A stretch of 52,807 bases of DNA, the filler included, from Dimargaris cristalligena (lineage: Eukaryota): the NCBI GenBank assembly GCA_003614675.1. It is 2 parts of 2 records of this genome, joined end to end, with 100 filler letters (N's around TTAATTAATTAA, not from the genome) between each part and the next. Parts side by side here need not be neighbours in the genome. Positions count along the whole stretch, not along the records: positions 1 to 26,385 come from ML002542.1; 1 more part is not named here. One strand, given 5' to 3'. Below are positions 11,239-23,858 of this stretch, one piece after another. Made by a program: the position numbers and the translations under genes. How positions within the stretch are numbered: the stretch's first letter is position 1; each line of letters starts with the position of its first letter. The notes under the pieces were generated by a model. It searched no databases, was not told where the DNA came from, and saw only the letters and a list, made by a program, of their open reading frames with translations.

Positions 11239-13691
11239 GGTGTACAGAGGATGAACAATGGGTAAGGCAGGAGGATGTCAATGGGTCTGAATTGGAAGGT
11301 GCAATGGGAGGGGGGTGAAATAGGGTAGACAAGAGAAGGAGGAGTAGGAGGGGGTTGTAGGCTAGAGTCAACTCGAGGAAGAAGCTGGAGAAAACCCGGA
11401 TTGGGTTGGCTTATACGTCTTTCGTGGACCACACATTCTCTACCCTGATTGCGGATTGGTGTGTAGTCAGCCGAGGGCTTTAACAAGCCCTGCTTTACTC
11501 ACTGACTTGGCTTTTAGCCCTTTCCCCCAAAAACTACGGAGAAGCCAACATGAATGACTGGAACTATAGCCCGAGGCCTTTCTTCATTCTACGAATACTA
11601 TTTTACGGATAGAAACCAACAGAGAGAGGGGTGGGGGTACCTTACTGTTTAAACTGAACTAATCAAATTTGGTATATAATATGGGATTAGATCTGTAATA
11701 GTTTCTATACTATATTTTTGAGATATGGTAGTGGCAACTGAAGGAATGGTCCTATTTCTTCCAGGAATTGTTGTCTGGCTGTTACGATTGCAATTATTGT
11801 TTTGTTTAGCAGTACTATAAATAGCTTTTATTAGAAATTCACTCCAACCCAACCATTAACCTCCATTTTTAGCTGAAGAGGCACGAGTCTAGGCATTAAG
11901 CCGGCCACAGTGCCTATCCCGTGACACCACTAGGAAACAATCCATTTAAATTCATACCCCGCTGTTGAGTATGGGGATGTGATTTTCGATGGGGCATTGT
12001 TAGGTTTAATCATTTGAAGGGTTATTTGGAAATACTAAAGGCGTTGGATATATTAAATGTTGGGTTGCCAGGAGTAGTGACCATTGTGTTGGGTACAAAG
12101 ATGGCATTGTTCTAATTTATTGACTCATGTGAGGTATATCAGCCCCTCAAGATGAATCAACTCCGACATGTCCGGGTAGCAAGTGTGGGGCTGGATATAT
12201 GTGTGGGGGGGGTGTATTTACCGAGTTATGTAATTATTACGGGATACTGGTGCCTACTATGGACCACCGAAGTAGATATATAAGTAAGGCTAAATCAAAC
12301 AAGGCCAATTTGGTCTGGGTTTGTACTCGAAAATAAACATGTGTAGGAAACCTAGGGGAAGGGTCCCGTAATAAAGGGGTGAGGGGGATGGGTTCGCAAG
12401 GGTTACTGCGATCTTCAGGATTTTCCGACCTTACATGGATAACAGTGGCCAACTGCATTGCCGCTTTCGATTCCTAGCAACCAATGGACCCCGAGGGAGG
12501 CAGCTCACCAGTAGTCTCAGTCGCTCTTTTACGCCCCAGTCAGAAGAATCACAGTCATCTTGGGTGGAATTGTCCTGCTGAACGGTCACATTTGTAGTTT
12601 GAGGTTCGCTGGAATAACTTTATCCCTACTCAAATAACAGGGCTAGGCACTTACTAAACATGAAGCATGGGTTCGGAATGGAAGGCAAAACCAGGGGCAC
12701 CCCAGCCATATCCCCTTTGCATCGCACTTGGCTCGGTTTATCTCGACCAAATCCTGTCCTGAAAGGGGCGCGCTCTTGTACTCCAGGCCATTGGAATTCG
12801 ACAGCAAAATTGTTGATTTGGGTATCCGATGGGGATACGGTATGGCTTCCACCTGCTAGATGTGATTGCTTGGAGGGAAATAGTCGAGCCGGTTGGTAGC
12901 GGAGTGGTCCAACCAAATGCCGCGCGGCCTTCTGAATATTGGCGGGGGGACGAATGGCCGCGCTGGGGCCAATGGCGATTATCCCAAGAATCCTGGAGTG
13001 GTTGAGGAGGCTGTTCTGACTTTAGAAAGACCGAATCAGCGCAACCTGAGCCTGAGTAGAAAGGGCCAACCACGGACAGAGAGAGAGAGAGTATTGGTGG
13101 GATAGGGTTAATAAGGTTGGCCATGGCCAAGGTCGTTTCCCAGCCCGTCGGCACGGCTCGCCCTTCGTACGAGGGTTTGTCCAAACCTAGCATAGCCACC
13201 AGTGGTCGGGTTGTGTACCATACCGCGTTCCACTCCTTCGCTTACAATGAAAAAAGGGCTTGGCCTTGAAAAAAAGACCATGACCATGTATAATATAACC
13301 CACGGAATGGCGGGGGAATGAAGGGAAGAATGGATGATAATAATAATGCCCCATTGTGTCGGCTAGTGTACTCGACCTGCATTAAAGCAATTCCGCCTCT
13401 GCGCAAGTGGCTCTCTTTCCCTCTCCCCTTCCATTCTCTGCTTAATTGCGCTGTTTTCCTTCAAGGATATCCGTCGCCCGTTTCTTGCCTTGGCCTTCCA
13501 ATCTCGTCTTGCGCTTGTTGCGGTGATTCCTCTGTTCCTATCTATCTCTTCTTATCTCTTTATATCCCTTCTTATATCCTCCAGCCTCGCAGCGCGTAGT
13601 CGGACCTACAGCGCCCCGTCCACTCGCCCTGGTGGCCACTTGTCTCTCTCTTTCTTGGCTATATCCCCTCGCATACACGCACATACCCACC

Positions 13692-15659
13692 ATGTGCTTC
13701 CACTCCACCAAATGGAAGCGGGAGACCATCAACGACCACAAATTCGAGTACATTGACGTCAATGACTTTGTTACCAAGACCGGGGCCGCTCGTTGGGGCT
13801 ACACCCTCATCTTCCTCCGGGTCATCAAGTCCACCCTAGTGTATATTGCCGATATTTACACCGCCATATCCCTCGTTGTTATGTCCGACTACTACAACGG
13901 CGAGGATTCCATATACAAAAAATCCGAATACCGCCTGCCCTTTGACGTGCTCCGCTATATCTTTTGGGGCTCCATTCTTATTTCGTTTGGCCTGCTGCTG
14001 TGGGAGTGGCGGAAGAGTCGCAAAATCTACGCCACCCAGGATATCTCCTATTCGTACACCTCGCCCCCGGTCTACAAGTACATCTGCCTGCTGTCCTACC
14101 CGCACTACTGCTTCTTCCGCCAAATCGATAAGCACCGCAAGTTCAAGGACGACGTGGCCTTCTACGTTTTTTTTACCCTCAAGTCGTGGAAGCGGGTGCT
14201 GTTCGCCGAATCCCCGCGCCAAGTCATCAACGGACTCGCCCTTATTTTCCTGTTCCGGTTGGTATGGATTGAACACAAGGGCTTCACCATCAACCCCAGC
14301 GCCTACGCCAAAACCAACTCCCAGAAAATGTCCATTTTCGTGATGCTGTTCACCTTCCTCATGTACCTCTTTTCGGTCTTTTCGATTCTCGTGGCCGCTA
14401 TTCTCTACATTCCGCTGCTCTGCAGTATCCAGGGGAACCTCAAGGAATACTGTTGTCACAAGGTCGATAAGCGAGTGGCCGCCATCCTCAAGAAATATTC
14501 CAAGAAGCGCATTGCCATGGGTCGGACCCTCGACCCCACCGCCTTGGATCACAAGGATTCGCCGTACAGCGGGGGACCTGGGGAGGCTTACCAGATGGAA
14601 CCTACCCTGCCCAAGGTCGACTACACCGACGAGGCCAGTCAGTCCAGTAAATACCTCGGGGGTACGCCCTACCCCGAACGGGCCTTGTCGCCTTCCACGG
14701 CCACTACCACCGCCGCCAATTTGCCCCACCACTACTCCCAGGCCGGCTCCTCCTCACCGCCCCCGGCGTTTGACGACCACTACGGTATGCCCATCCAGCC
14801 CTTCATGACCCCGCCCTCCCTCTCCTCCGAACATACCTACGTCTCCGCGCAGTTCCGGCCCGGCGGTCACCCCGGCAGCGGTAGTGTCTACGATGATAAT
14901 ATCCCCACCCCCCACGGGTCGCTATCCTCCCGCTCGAATAACCCCCGCGCCCAACTGGCCGATATTGCGTACACCGCGGGTCGGCAACCCACCCGGCCGA
15001 ACCTGGACTATATCCTCGAGGCGCCCGAGCGCAACGACCGTTTTTTTGACGACGACCAACCCAGCAACCGCGGCCTCCCCTACGGCCCCGGCCCGGTTCA
15101 CGGGCACGAATTAGGCCCCGGTCCCGGCTTCGGTGCTATGTCGCGCTCGGCTTTCCCGTCCAACTCGTCCCCATCCCCATCCACGCCCGTGCCGTACGCG
15201 GCGCCCCCACCACAATCCTCCCTCCACCCCAGTCGCCCCTCACTGTCCCCTAATTTCTCCGATTCCGCCCACTCATCCAACCTTGCGGCCGTTAACCAAC
15301 CGCCACCACCATCGCAGCCGGCATTGGCCCACGTCCCACGCTCCAACGCCCACTCGAGTCATCTGGATTCGTTTTACTACCAGGATATGATGGATTCCCC
15401 CGAACACCGTGCCGCTGCTTTGCCCAATCTCCCCGGCAATCAGCCACCGAGCTTTAATAACCCACCATCGCCCCTGACGGGCCAACGGCCCACGGGTGAT
15501 GCCTTTGCCACTTATCCGTCGTCCCGGCCTGACCGCCGGACAGCATCGCCCTGGGATGATTACGATGATGCCGAGGATGGTGATAGCAGGGCGCATGGTG
15601 GTGGTGGTGCCCAGCCTTCCCCGTTTTCCACGGGCCCTAATCGGCGTCGTCCCAACTAA
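13692..15659 (+). CDS. KCH1: Kch1/Prm6-family low-affinity potassium transporter with a long Pro/Ser-rich tail
   Basis: MCFHSTKWKRETINDHKFEYIDVNDF, YIADIYTA, FAESPRQVING, LKEYCCHKVDKRV. True ATG taken as 13692. Confidence 0.88.
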   Translation: MCFHSTKWKRETINDHKFEYIDVNDFVTKTGAARWGYTLIFLRVIKSTLVYIADIYTAISLVVMSDYYNGEDSIYKKSEYRLPFDVLRYIFWGSILISFGLLLWEWRKSRKIYATQDISYSYTSPPVYKYICLLSYPHYCFFRQIDKHRKFKDDVAFYVFFTLKSWKRVLFAESPRQVINGLALIFLFRLVWIEHKGFTINPSAYAKTNSQKMSIFVMLFTFLMYLFSVFSILVAAILYIPLLCSIQGNLKEYCCHKVDKRVAAILKKYSKKRIAMGRTLDPTALDHKDSPYSGGPGEAYQMEPTLPKVDYTDEASQSSKYLGGTPYPERALSPSTATTTAANLPHHYSQAGSSSPPPAFDDHYGMPIQPFMTPPSLSSEHTYVSAQFRPGGHPGSGSVYDDNIPTPHGSLSSRSNNPRAQLADIAYTAGRQPTRPNLDYILEAPERNDRFFDDDQPSNRGLPYGPGPVHGHELGPGPGFGAMSRSAFPSNSSPSPSTPVPYAAPPPQSSLHPSRPSLSPNFSDSAHSSNLAAVNQPPPPSQPALAHVPRSNAHSSHLDSFYYQDMMDSPEHRAAALPNLPGNQPPSFNNPPSPLTGQRPTGDAFATYPSSRPDRRTASPWDDYDDAEDGDSRAHGGGGAQPSPFSTGPNRRRPN

Positions 15660-16378
15660 TTTCAGTCGTCGTGCCTAACCTCCCTTCCCCCTCTCTTTCC
15701 ATGTCTTACCCGAACTGGTATTCAGCATTGCATTCCGCCCGTTGATAAATATATGTACCCTCTCTCTTACACTCTTACTCTCGTCTCGCCCCTTCGACCC
15801 ACACTCTTCTTCTACTCTCTCTCAACCCTCGTTTACCCCTGTTCATAATACCCCTTTTTTTATGGTGGCCATTTGCAAAGCCTTCACCGGCAATGGCATT
15901 TGGCACTCATTTCGTTATCTTCGCTTTTTTTATATTATCTTTTGGAATACGCTCAACTCTCAATTTTCCATATTTGTTCTTTATCATATTTCGTCACATA
16001 TATTTTGTTGATTTTGCTGTTTATACGCCTAAAATACCTCTTATCTGTAACATTCCTTATCATTATCATTACTATTATTTTACATTGGACATAATTCGGT
16101 TTTAATTAAATATCAGTTAACTGAGTGGTTCTTTATTTGGGATTCCAAATCAATGTATAGATGGAGCGTAACCGGCAGGGGCGGGGACACAATTGCGTTG
16201 GCGAGGTTTCAAACATAAATAGGTAGTAGAGTAGTATTTTGAAGATATGGGGACTTTACCAACCACGAGTTGTATACTAATATCTCCGTTTGGTGAAATA
16301 CATGTGGGGATCTTCTTCCTCCCCCCCTCATCGTATTGGTTCATTTTATGGATTTTGGGAACTATCACCACCAAGATC

Positions 16379-17326
16379 CTAACTATTGAATATCCGCGAA
16401 TACAGCCGATCATGGGCCCCCTGTAGCAGATCCAAGGCCGGCGAAGTCTGCGTCGCTTGATCCATGGTCAAATCCGCCGTCATGTGAATCGCCTCATCGG
16501 TTGGCCCTTTAGCTGTGGCCAGGGTTACTTGGGCCTGGTAAGGCCCCACGATATTCAGCCGAATTGCCGACGAGACGATTTGGCGGACGAACATAAATAG
16601 AAACAGTTGCTGGGTTTTGGTTAAGGAGAGCTGAAGCAGGCGGCAGGTGAGGCCAAAACACACAGGAAAATGACCGTAGGCGGTGCCTACCCGGATCAGC
16701 GCTTTGAACCGTTTGGCAATGTCGCTGCTAGGAGGAGGTGGTGGGGCTGGGGTTGGGCCGGAGTTGGCGGGGGTGGGCGAAATGGACGGCGGAGTGGAAC
16801 CCATCGATGTCGCTGAATCAGATACTAATGATGGCGATGGTGAAGGCAGAGCCGAAGCCAAAGGTAGGTGATGATGTTTAAGTACCGCCGGTACCGGGGC
16901 GAAGGACTTCAGAAATAGGGTGATCATGCTAGTGCCCTGGGCAATCGAGGCCCGGCGGACGGAGAGGTGGGGGTTTAGGGCGTGGAAAAGATGGTCGGCG
17001 TCCACCAAAGGTTGCAGCGACTCGTCGTTCGGTTGGGACGCGGCAGTCTTGGAGTTGGAGCTGGGGTTGGTGGTAGTAGGGCGGACCTCGGGGGGGAGTA
17101 TGGCGAGTCCCGTGCTGTGGTAAGCCGCCGTGACGAAAGGCAAGGCGGCATGGGCGTAGCTGTGCACACTGGTGCGAATAAACCGGTCGAGTTGGGCGGA
17201 GGTAATGACTTGGCCTAATTGGAAGGCGGTTTCCAACCCCCCGGAAGCTACGAAGCCGCCCGTGGGTAGGGCGGAATCGACTAGCTGCCAAACTAACCAG
17301 GTTTCGTCGTCCATGCGGTGGGTCAT
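16379..17326 (-). CDS. ureF: Urease accessory protein UreF (start at 17326 or 17314)
   Basis: WQLVDSALPTGGFVASGGLE, RRASIAQG, GHFPVCFG, SSAIRLNIVGPYQAQ, C-terminal HDRLYSRIFNS. Confidence 0.93.
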   Translation of the reverse strand: MTHRMDDETWLVWQLVDSALPTGGFVASGGLETAFQLGQVITSAQLDRFIRTSVHSYAHAALPFVTAAYHSTGLAILPPEVRPTTTNPSSNSKTAASQPNDESLQPLVDADHLFHALNPHLSVRRASIAQGTSMITLFLKSFAPVPAVLKHHHLPLASALPSPSPSLVSDSATSMGSTPPSISPTPANSGPTPAPPPPPSSDIAKRFKALIRVGTAYGHFPVCFGLTCRLLQLSLTKTQQLFLFMFVRQIVSSAIRLNIVGPYQAQVTLATAKGPTDEAIHMTADLTMDQATQTSPALDLLQGAHDRLYSRIFNS

Positions 17327-17784
17327 ATAACAAACGGGTTGTTGGCGGGGGATGTGGGTAAAAACTATAATATACCGGAATGTGGGTGGAGGTGTGCTCG
17401 TTGCCCGGACCGAGCTACACACAGGATGGAAAAGTTGCTGAAGGGACTCTCTCAATCCCGAACTGGGAGGGCTTTGTAGGGCTGGTGTGGGATAGCCGGT
17501 AAGGCCGCTGGCGTGGGATACAGACGGGGAAGGGAGACGACCCCTCCTTCGATAAAACCCCCTAGGGCTTGTTGCCTTAATGCACTGACTGTACGCTGCG
17601 TCCCACCGCAGCCAGCCAGCCAATTTCTCCCCCCTACGCTACGCTGCCCCAGGGTTAGGCTACCCCTTCCCACTCATTGCACCACCGGGCCAGGGCTTGT
17701 TAACAGAATCTTCTCCCAGGCCTACTTTACCCGCCATTGCCAAGTTTATTCTCCCCTTTTCTCTCGCATCAACCCTTCTTCAAC

Positions 17785-18707
17785 ATGTCGCTTCGTGATT
17801 TAACCATCAAGACCAACACCCTGAAGCGGTAAGTTCCCCCAAGTGAATATATCCCGAAGTAAGAGGTGTCGGGTACCTATACCACCAAGCTACCAGCTCA
17901 CCCCCTCCATGTTCTTGTCTGGCGAGTTTATGCGGCCGTTGACCCAATGGCCCGTATCAGCTGTGCCCCAGATAGCCCCATGCTGAATTCCCTGTTTTTA
18001 CGAATACACATTTACACAAACTCTGTCCGCCAATCCTTCACGGTTATGCTCAAACGGCATCGTTATCAGTGTGCTTAATGACGAACAGTACTACCTGAAA
18101 GAAGCGGCTAGCCAGCGTACTCATATCGATAAACTCCGTGCGGATGGGGCTGACGAGTACGTCATCAGGAAGCAGGTAAGCCACTATACTGGGTCTATAT
18201 CCCCTTAGAGAGGGTCTCATTGGCACTTCGTTTCTATACTGTAACCATCGGGTGGGGAACACACCCAGTGCCAAGTAAAATGTTGTCTGCCCAACTAACC
18301 CGGCACTTTGCTTGGGGAACTGCGCCATTGATTCCAATAATTGTATAGGTCGAAGTTCTCGACGAGACCCTCAATATGCTGCCCGATAGCAAGAAGCGGA
18401 TCGCTAAAGCGGTTGAGGACCTGAAGACACTCATGGTATGTACAGTAACCATCCCCCCTTTTTTTTTGAACTGCAAAATATGCCTAGCGGGTGGTCTTTA
18501 TAGGGCCATTATCCTCCGAACCTATTTTATTATTGATATTTCAATTTTCCGTCTGGTTACTCAATTGTATGTATTTTCTTTGGTCTATTTGGTGTAACTC
18601 CCATTCCCTGCTACCACATTTAGGATACCCACCCGACCACCTTTAAAGGTAGCCAGGAACTCAAGAAAGCCCAGGATGTACTAGGCAGTATCAACTACGA
18701 CGCTTAG
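17785..18707 (+). CDS. TBCA: Tubulin-binding cofactor A (Rbl2/TBCA); join(17785..17828,18070..18175,18349..18435,18624..18707), 106 aa
   Basis: Spliced: MSLRDLTIKTNTLKRVLNDEQYYLKEAASQRTHIDKLRADGADEYVIRKQVEVLDETLNMLPDSKKRIAKAVEDLKTLMDTHPTTFKGSQELKKAQDVLGSINYDA; canonical in-phase GT-AG introns. Confidence 0.92.
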
Positions 18708-21279
18708 CTGCGATCCATTAACAATCGCACCTGATTGCTTTTTTTATATAGAAAATGCCCAATCTCTCTACTCTGATGGTGACGGGTCCTACCGATCTCT
18801 AATTGTAAATGAAAGCCCCCCCCCCCCCAAGTACTTGCACACCCAATCCTTTTTTTTAACCGTCTAGGCTGCTTAATGGTATTGACAGACCGTATCGCTT
18901 TCTGGCACTACCCATTCCGCATTTTGATAATTTCCCAATTCCCCGTTTCGGGCTAGTAGTGACTCTATTTCTTTTTGTACACCCCCAACTTGCCTGTACC
19001 CACACAATTAACACGGGCATATCGGCAATTCTTGGCATTGGTATGTCTAAATATAAACACCAGTGTGCCTTCATTTCGAATATATCCATGCCTCTTGTAT
19101 TGGAAACCTCGGGTCAAATTTGTGGGGTAGGAAGCGCGTATCACATTTGAGGAATAGTTTCGCATTATCGATTGTGAAGACTGGGCATTTAAAGTTGGAA
19201 GTCCCCGTCGGGGGGCATGCGTAGATACTAACGAGGCCTAGGGGGGTGCTATCGACAGTTAGGGTTTTTTTATTATTATTATTGGTCGCATATCCACCTA
19301 GGACCGCCGTTGAAGCAATTGTGTCGTAGAGATGCAGGGGGGAGGGATTGGTGCCTTGGATTATTGAATATTCCGATTATAGTATATATGGAATATCCGG
19401 AGTCAAAAGGAGAAGGCGAGTGCGAAGGTATAGTGAACGAGGCCGGCTAAACCATTTCTCCGACGGCATACTGGGTTGGTGCGTGCTCGCTCATTTTTGG
19501 AGACTACCTCTCGACTCGGAAGGCAGGAAGGAAGGGACGAAAGGAAAGGGGGGGTTGAAGTGGAATGGTCACCCTGGCCATTTATGGACCACCAATGACT
19601 CTCTACTTGTACCCTTGGGGAAGGAAACCCGAGAGTTATACAACGCCAGATACGCTGGCAGAGTAGTACCCCTCTTTGCCCTCCTCGCCCCCGTTCCGCT
19701 CTCTGTCATAAAGGACAAACAGTAGACGCTGGTGGGGCGGTGCACCTGTGGGGGAGAATAGACCGGGCTCCACTCAGCGGGGGCGACACGGGGGTCTGCT
19801 ATAGGGTTTGTTTAAAAAATAATATCCAAGGCGAGGAATAAAGGAAAGGACGGTACGAGAGGGAAGAAGTACCAACCCATCGATTGGGCTTGTGGAGGGG
19901 TTGGAGAGAACCTTCCGTGGCACTATTTTTGACGAACCGGCCCACGTGTGACTCTCGTTCACCCAAGTAAGTGACCGTAGCAACCTATCGGTAGGGATTA
20001 CTGCTCCGTCCCCCTAGTCGATAACAAGGCAGGGTGTGTTAAACGCCTATGTAACTATCGTGAAACCACACTGTAGTGATACGTAGAGGGCGAATAATAA
20101 GTACATGCAAAGGAAAATGAAATAATAAAATAGCGTTAAGGCGCTATAAAGCCAGTCGCCTCGTGCCTTTAGCTCGCACTGTACTACAGGTGTGGGTTAC
20201 GCCCGTGCTAGGGTTGGGTCCACTGGCCATCTCGTCGGGGATGGTACGGCCAAGTTTTTTGTACGTCGTTGGTCGCGCTACACCCGAAACGTGTGTGCCT
20301 GAGCACAGTGCATGGACCGCCACTAGCAGGCGCCAGTAATAATAGCAGCTAGAGCAGTGGCAGGCGGTTTCCATGATAGAAGGAGGGATGTGTCGCAGTA
20401 ACCCACCGAGGTCGCTCAAGCGAGGTACAACAGAAACGTATGGCCAGGGTGGGGGATCGGGCGTGAAACGTCGCAGAAAAAGGAAAAGGGACAGTGTGTG
20501 TGTGCAGCAGTAGCCTGTATAGGTCAATAGTCATTTTACCAACGGGGGCTTTCGGTCCCCTCCAGACAATGTGGTCCTTTTGGCTGCCACTTGGCCATTC
20601 CACCCTCCCCACAACTGCCGCCTTTCCGTGCCCTAAACTTTGATGCGAATTATCGGGGCGGGAGGAGGAGTCGTTTTCGGGAAAGCTAATTCCACCGATT
20701 TCCCCCTCCGACTCGCCCTAATCCTACACTTCACGGATCTGCCTCGACCATAGTCTGTCGCTGATTCAATCATGGATATGAAATACCCAAATATAGTATC
20801 AATTCGGCGTGAATTTCCACCAAGTCCCAAGGGTGAAGTTAAAAACAAGGGAGAACATGGCCAACTGGAGTGCAGGTCCCAGGGCCGGCTCCAATATCCT
20901 CTGCTTCCATGGGCCTTGCGTATATTGGTTAACTTTTCTATACCAACATATCTACCCTATATAATGGGTCCCACTTCAATCGGGAATTCCGACTATCGTT
21001 TTTTGTGCCAAGTTATTCGACCAAGTTGACCAATTTCTATTTCCAGCCCAAGGCATTGGTTTATCCCCTTTGAACCATCCTCCCCCCCCTCTCCCCATTT
21101 CCCCATCCCTGCCCTGCGTCGATACACCGCTGAATCAATTTTCCGGTAGGTGTCCCGTCGAATGAGAGGTCAAGGTAGCCAAGGTCGGTGATGGGATGCT
21201 ACTAAAAATAGGAAAGGGAGCATAGCAACTGGTATCCTAGGGAATACCCGTAGGCTCGGGTCCATTATTCGGCGACGCA

Positions 21280-21286
21280 TATAAAA
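21280..21286 (+). promoter_or_regulatory. Candidate TATA box of the fungalysin gene
   Basis: TATAAAA followed by a pyrimidine-rich leader, ~480 nt upstream of the ATG. Confidence 0.35.
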
Positions 21287-21758
21287 TACCAGCACTGCCC
21301 CCTCTTCGATTCCAGCATCAAGCTGTTCGTACACCACCCGTGTATTCTCTGTTCGTTTAGTCTCGTTAGTTGTTTTATTTTTGTTTGGGAAAGACCATCA
21401 ATCATATTTAAATATATATTCGGCCCCTCTGTTTTGAAGCATTTTAATTTCGGCAGATTTACTATTTCTATGAAACGTATTCTGGCACATTTTTTCCCGC
21501 TACTTTATCTAAATACCATCTCGACTTCTATTTGTAGGGCTTCTCACGGAGTCCTGTTCGCCCCTGAACAGTTTAAACCGCACGTAGCCTCTTAAATTGG
21601 CTACTCCTCAGTACTCCTGCTCCGTATTTTCAGGGGGCTTTGTTAATATCCTTTTAATTTTGACTGGATTATCCTCCCACCCAGTTGTCCTAGTCGAGAA
21701 TTTCTCATCAGCTGTCACTTCTAGCAGTTTGTGTTTCCATTATCTGCTTGCTAACATC

Positions 21759-23858
21759 ATGCCTCTTTCCAAGTCCACATGGTCCACTTTGGGACTATTA
21801 GGTTTAAGTTACCTTTCGGCCGCCGTTACCACCGCCCACCCCAATACTAACACTAATACTAATGCCGACGGTAACGACAACTTTTCCTCGTCTTCCAGTA
21901 TATATGACGACCACGGGCTCCTCCTTTCCTTCGGTCCCTCCGAGGCCTACGATTTCGGGCCCGGGAATTACGCTCGAACCATGACCCGGGATGCCCCCTC
22001 GGATAAATTAAGCGTGGCCAACGATTTTTTCCAGCAGCAGGGGTACGGCGAGCAAGACTACCAAATTGTTCAAGAAATGTACTCGTCTGATTTGCAAGTC
22101 ACCCACTACTACGCCCAGTTGCAGCACGACGGCTTGCCCGTGGTGAATGGGCATATGTCGGTCAATATTGACGAAGGGGGTCAGGTCGTCAGTGCGTCCA
22201 TGCTGCGATCAGATACCACGGCCAAGCCCCAGTCGGGCCAGTGTGCCGCCCGGTTAAACACAAACACTAGCCAGCGCAGCTCAACGAGTGGTAGTGATGC
22301 GGAGCCCGCCACCCCAGTGGATCCCCAGGCCGCCCTGCAGGCTTTTGCCGACTATGTTCAACGCCCCGATTGGGCCCAGGGCGTCAATACTAGCGCCGCT
22401 TTACAGTCCGGTAACCCCGGCGGACTTCGCTCGGCTGACCAAGCCACTTCCAACTCGGCACCCGCCGACGCCCCAATCATGGGCGACGCCCTCCACACCG
22501 TCGAAGCCGCGGCTTTGCGCCTCGACGACGGTACCTTCATTAAAGGCCGGAAAATTCGGGCCCGCGTGGATGACAACGAGGTCGAATCATTTGTTTCGGA
22601 TACCGACGGCAAAGTCCGGGCCCTCTATAACAACGCCAAAAGTTTCACCCCGAGCCGCTACAGGGTACTGCCCTATAATGTCGATATGGATCCCCAGCAG
22701 GATCTCCGGGAATGGGTGGAGGAACCCGGCGCGGACGACCCCCTCTTTCCCCAAGGCTGGCAAACTATGGGTGACCAGCGGTTTAGTGATACCCAGGGCA
22801 ATTATGTAGTGGTGCAGTCCCACCGGGACGTCTCCATCGACTGGAAACAAGCGCAACGCCCCCAGGGGGATGACCAAGGCCAATTCGACTTCCCCCTTGA
22901 TTTGAGTAGCGACCCCTCGAGTTACAGCGACGCTTCGGCCACCCAGGCTTTTTACCTAGGTAATCTATTCAGCGGGTTCGCCAAGGCGTACGGGTTTGAT
23001 GCCGCTTCGGGTAATTTCCAAGGCACACATACCGCGGAAGATAACGCGGGGAACGGAGTGGCCGGCGACCGGGTGATTATTTACGTTCAAGACGGCAAAG
23101 GGTTTAATAATGCTAATTTCGCCACCCCCGCGGACGGCCAAAGCCCCGTCATGAAAATGTACATTTGGAACAAAACGAAGCCCAGCCGCGATGGGGCGTT
23201 TGAAACGCCCATTTTCGTGCACGAATTTACGCACGGGGTTACGTCGCGTTTGACCGGGGGCCGAGCCGCGTCCAACTGTTTAACGCAGGGCGTGGCCGCG
23301 GGCATGGGGGAGGGATGGAGCGACATTATTGCCCTTAACTGGCGGCTACGGGCCGGTGATGAAAATGGCCGCAACGCGCACGGCCAGCCCGACCGCCCCT
23401 TAGGTATCGGCACCTACGGCAACGGCGGTAACACCGTCCGGCCCTATATTTATACGACCAACGTGGACCAGAACCCCCTCCAGTTTGGCCATCTCAGCGA
23501 CGCGCGGTTCAAAACCGTCCATAACATTGGGACCATTTGGACTACCATGTTGTACGAAATTCTGTGGAATTATATTGCGCAACACGGCCTGGAACCGGAC
23601 TTTATCCGGAACCCTACGAGTACTAAGGGCAATACCATGTTCATGCGCATGTTGTTCGCGTCGTGGAAACTCCAGCCCTGTAGCCCGGATTTTTTGCAGG
23701 CCCGCTCGGCTATGCTGCAGGCGGATAAACGGCTGCACCAGGAACAGAATAAGTGCCTGATTTGGCGGGGATTTGCGAAACGCGGCATGGGGGAAGATGC
23801 GACGTATTCATCGAGTGGCGTCGTGGAGAGCGACAAGGTACCAAGCGACTGCGAATAG
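21759..23858 (+). CDS. Secreted M36 metalloendopeptidase (fungalysin) with FTP propeptide, ~699 aa
   Basis: Signal peptide MPLSKSTWSTLGLLGLSYLSAAVTTA; propeptide VTHYYAQLQHDGLPVVNG; NNANFATPADG, HEFTH, GMGEGWSD, VHNIGTIW, LQPCSPDFLQARSA, IWRGFAKRGMG. Confidence 0.95.
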   Translation: MPLSKSTWSTLGLLGLSYLSAAVTTAHPNTNTNTNADGNDNFSSSSSIYDDHGLLLSFGPSEAYDFGPGNYARTMTRDAPSDKLSVANDFFQQQGYGEQDYQIVQEMYSSDLQVTHYYAQLQHDGLPVVNGHMSVNIDEGGQVVSASMLRSDTTAKPQSGQCAARLNTNTSQRSSTSGSDAEPATPVDPQAALQAFADYVQRPDWAQGVNTSAALQSGNPGGLRSADQATSNSAPADAPIMGDALHTVEAAALRLDDGTFIKGRKIRARVDDNEVESFVSDTDGKVRALYNNAKSFTPSRYRVLPYNVDMDPQQDLREWVEEPGADDPLFPQGWQTMGDQRFSDTQGNYVVVQSHRDVSIDWKQAQRPQGDDQGQFDFPLDLSSDPSSYSDASATQAFYLGNLFSGFAKAYGFDAASGNFQGTHTAEDNAGNGVAGDRVIIYVQDGKGFNNANFATPADGQSPVMKMYIWNKTKPSRDGAFETPIFVHEFTHGVTSRLTGGRAASNCLTQGVAAGMGEGWSDIIALNWRLRAGDENGRNAHGQPDRPLGIGTYGNGGNTVRPYIYTTNVDQNPLQFGHLSDARFKTVHNIGTIWTTMLYEILWNYIAQHGLEPDFIRNPTSTKGNTMFMRMLFASWKLQPCSPDFLQARSAMLQADKRLHQEQNKCLIWRGFAKRGMGEDATYSSSGVVESDKVPSDCE

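Noticed and set aside
20144-20480. GC-rich block after TATAAA with small hairpins and CAACCCTAG (telomerase, RNase P or SRP candidate)
   Set aside because: No exact template or conserved-region match; an Rfam scan would be needed.
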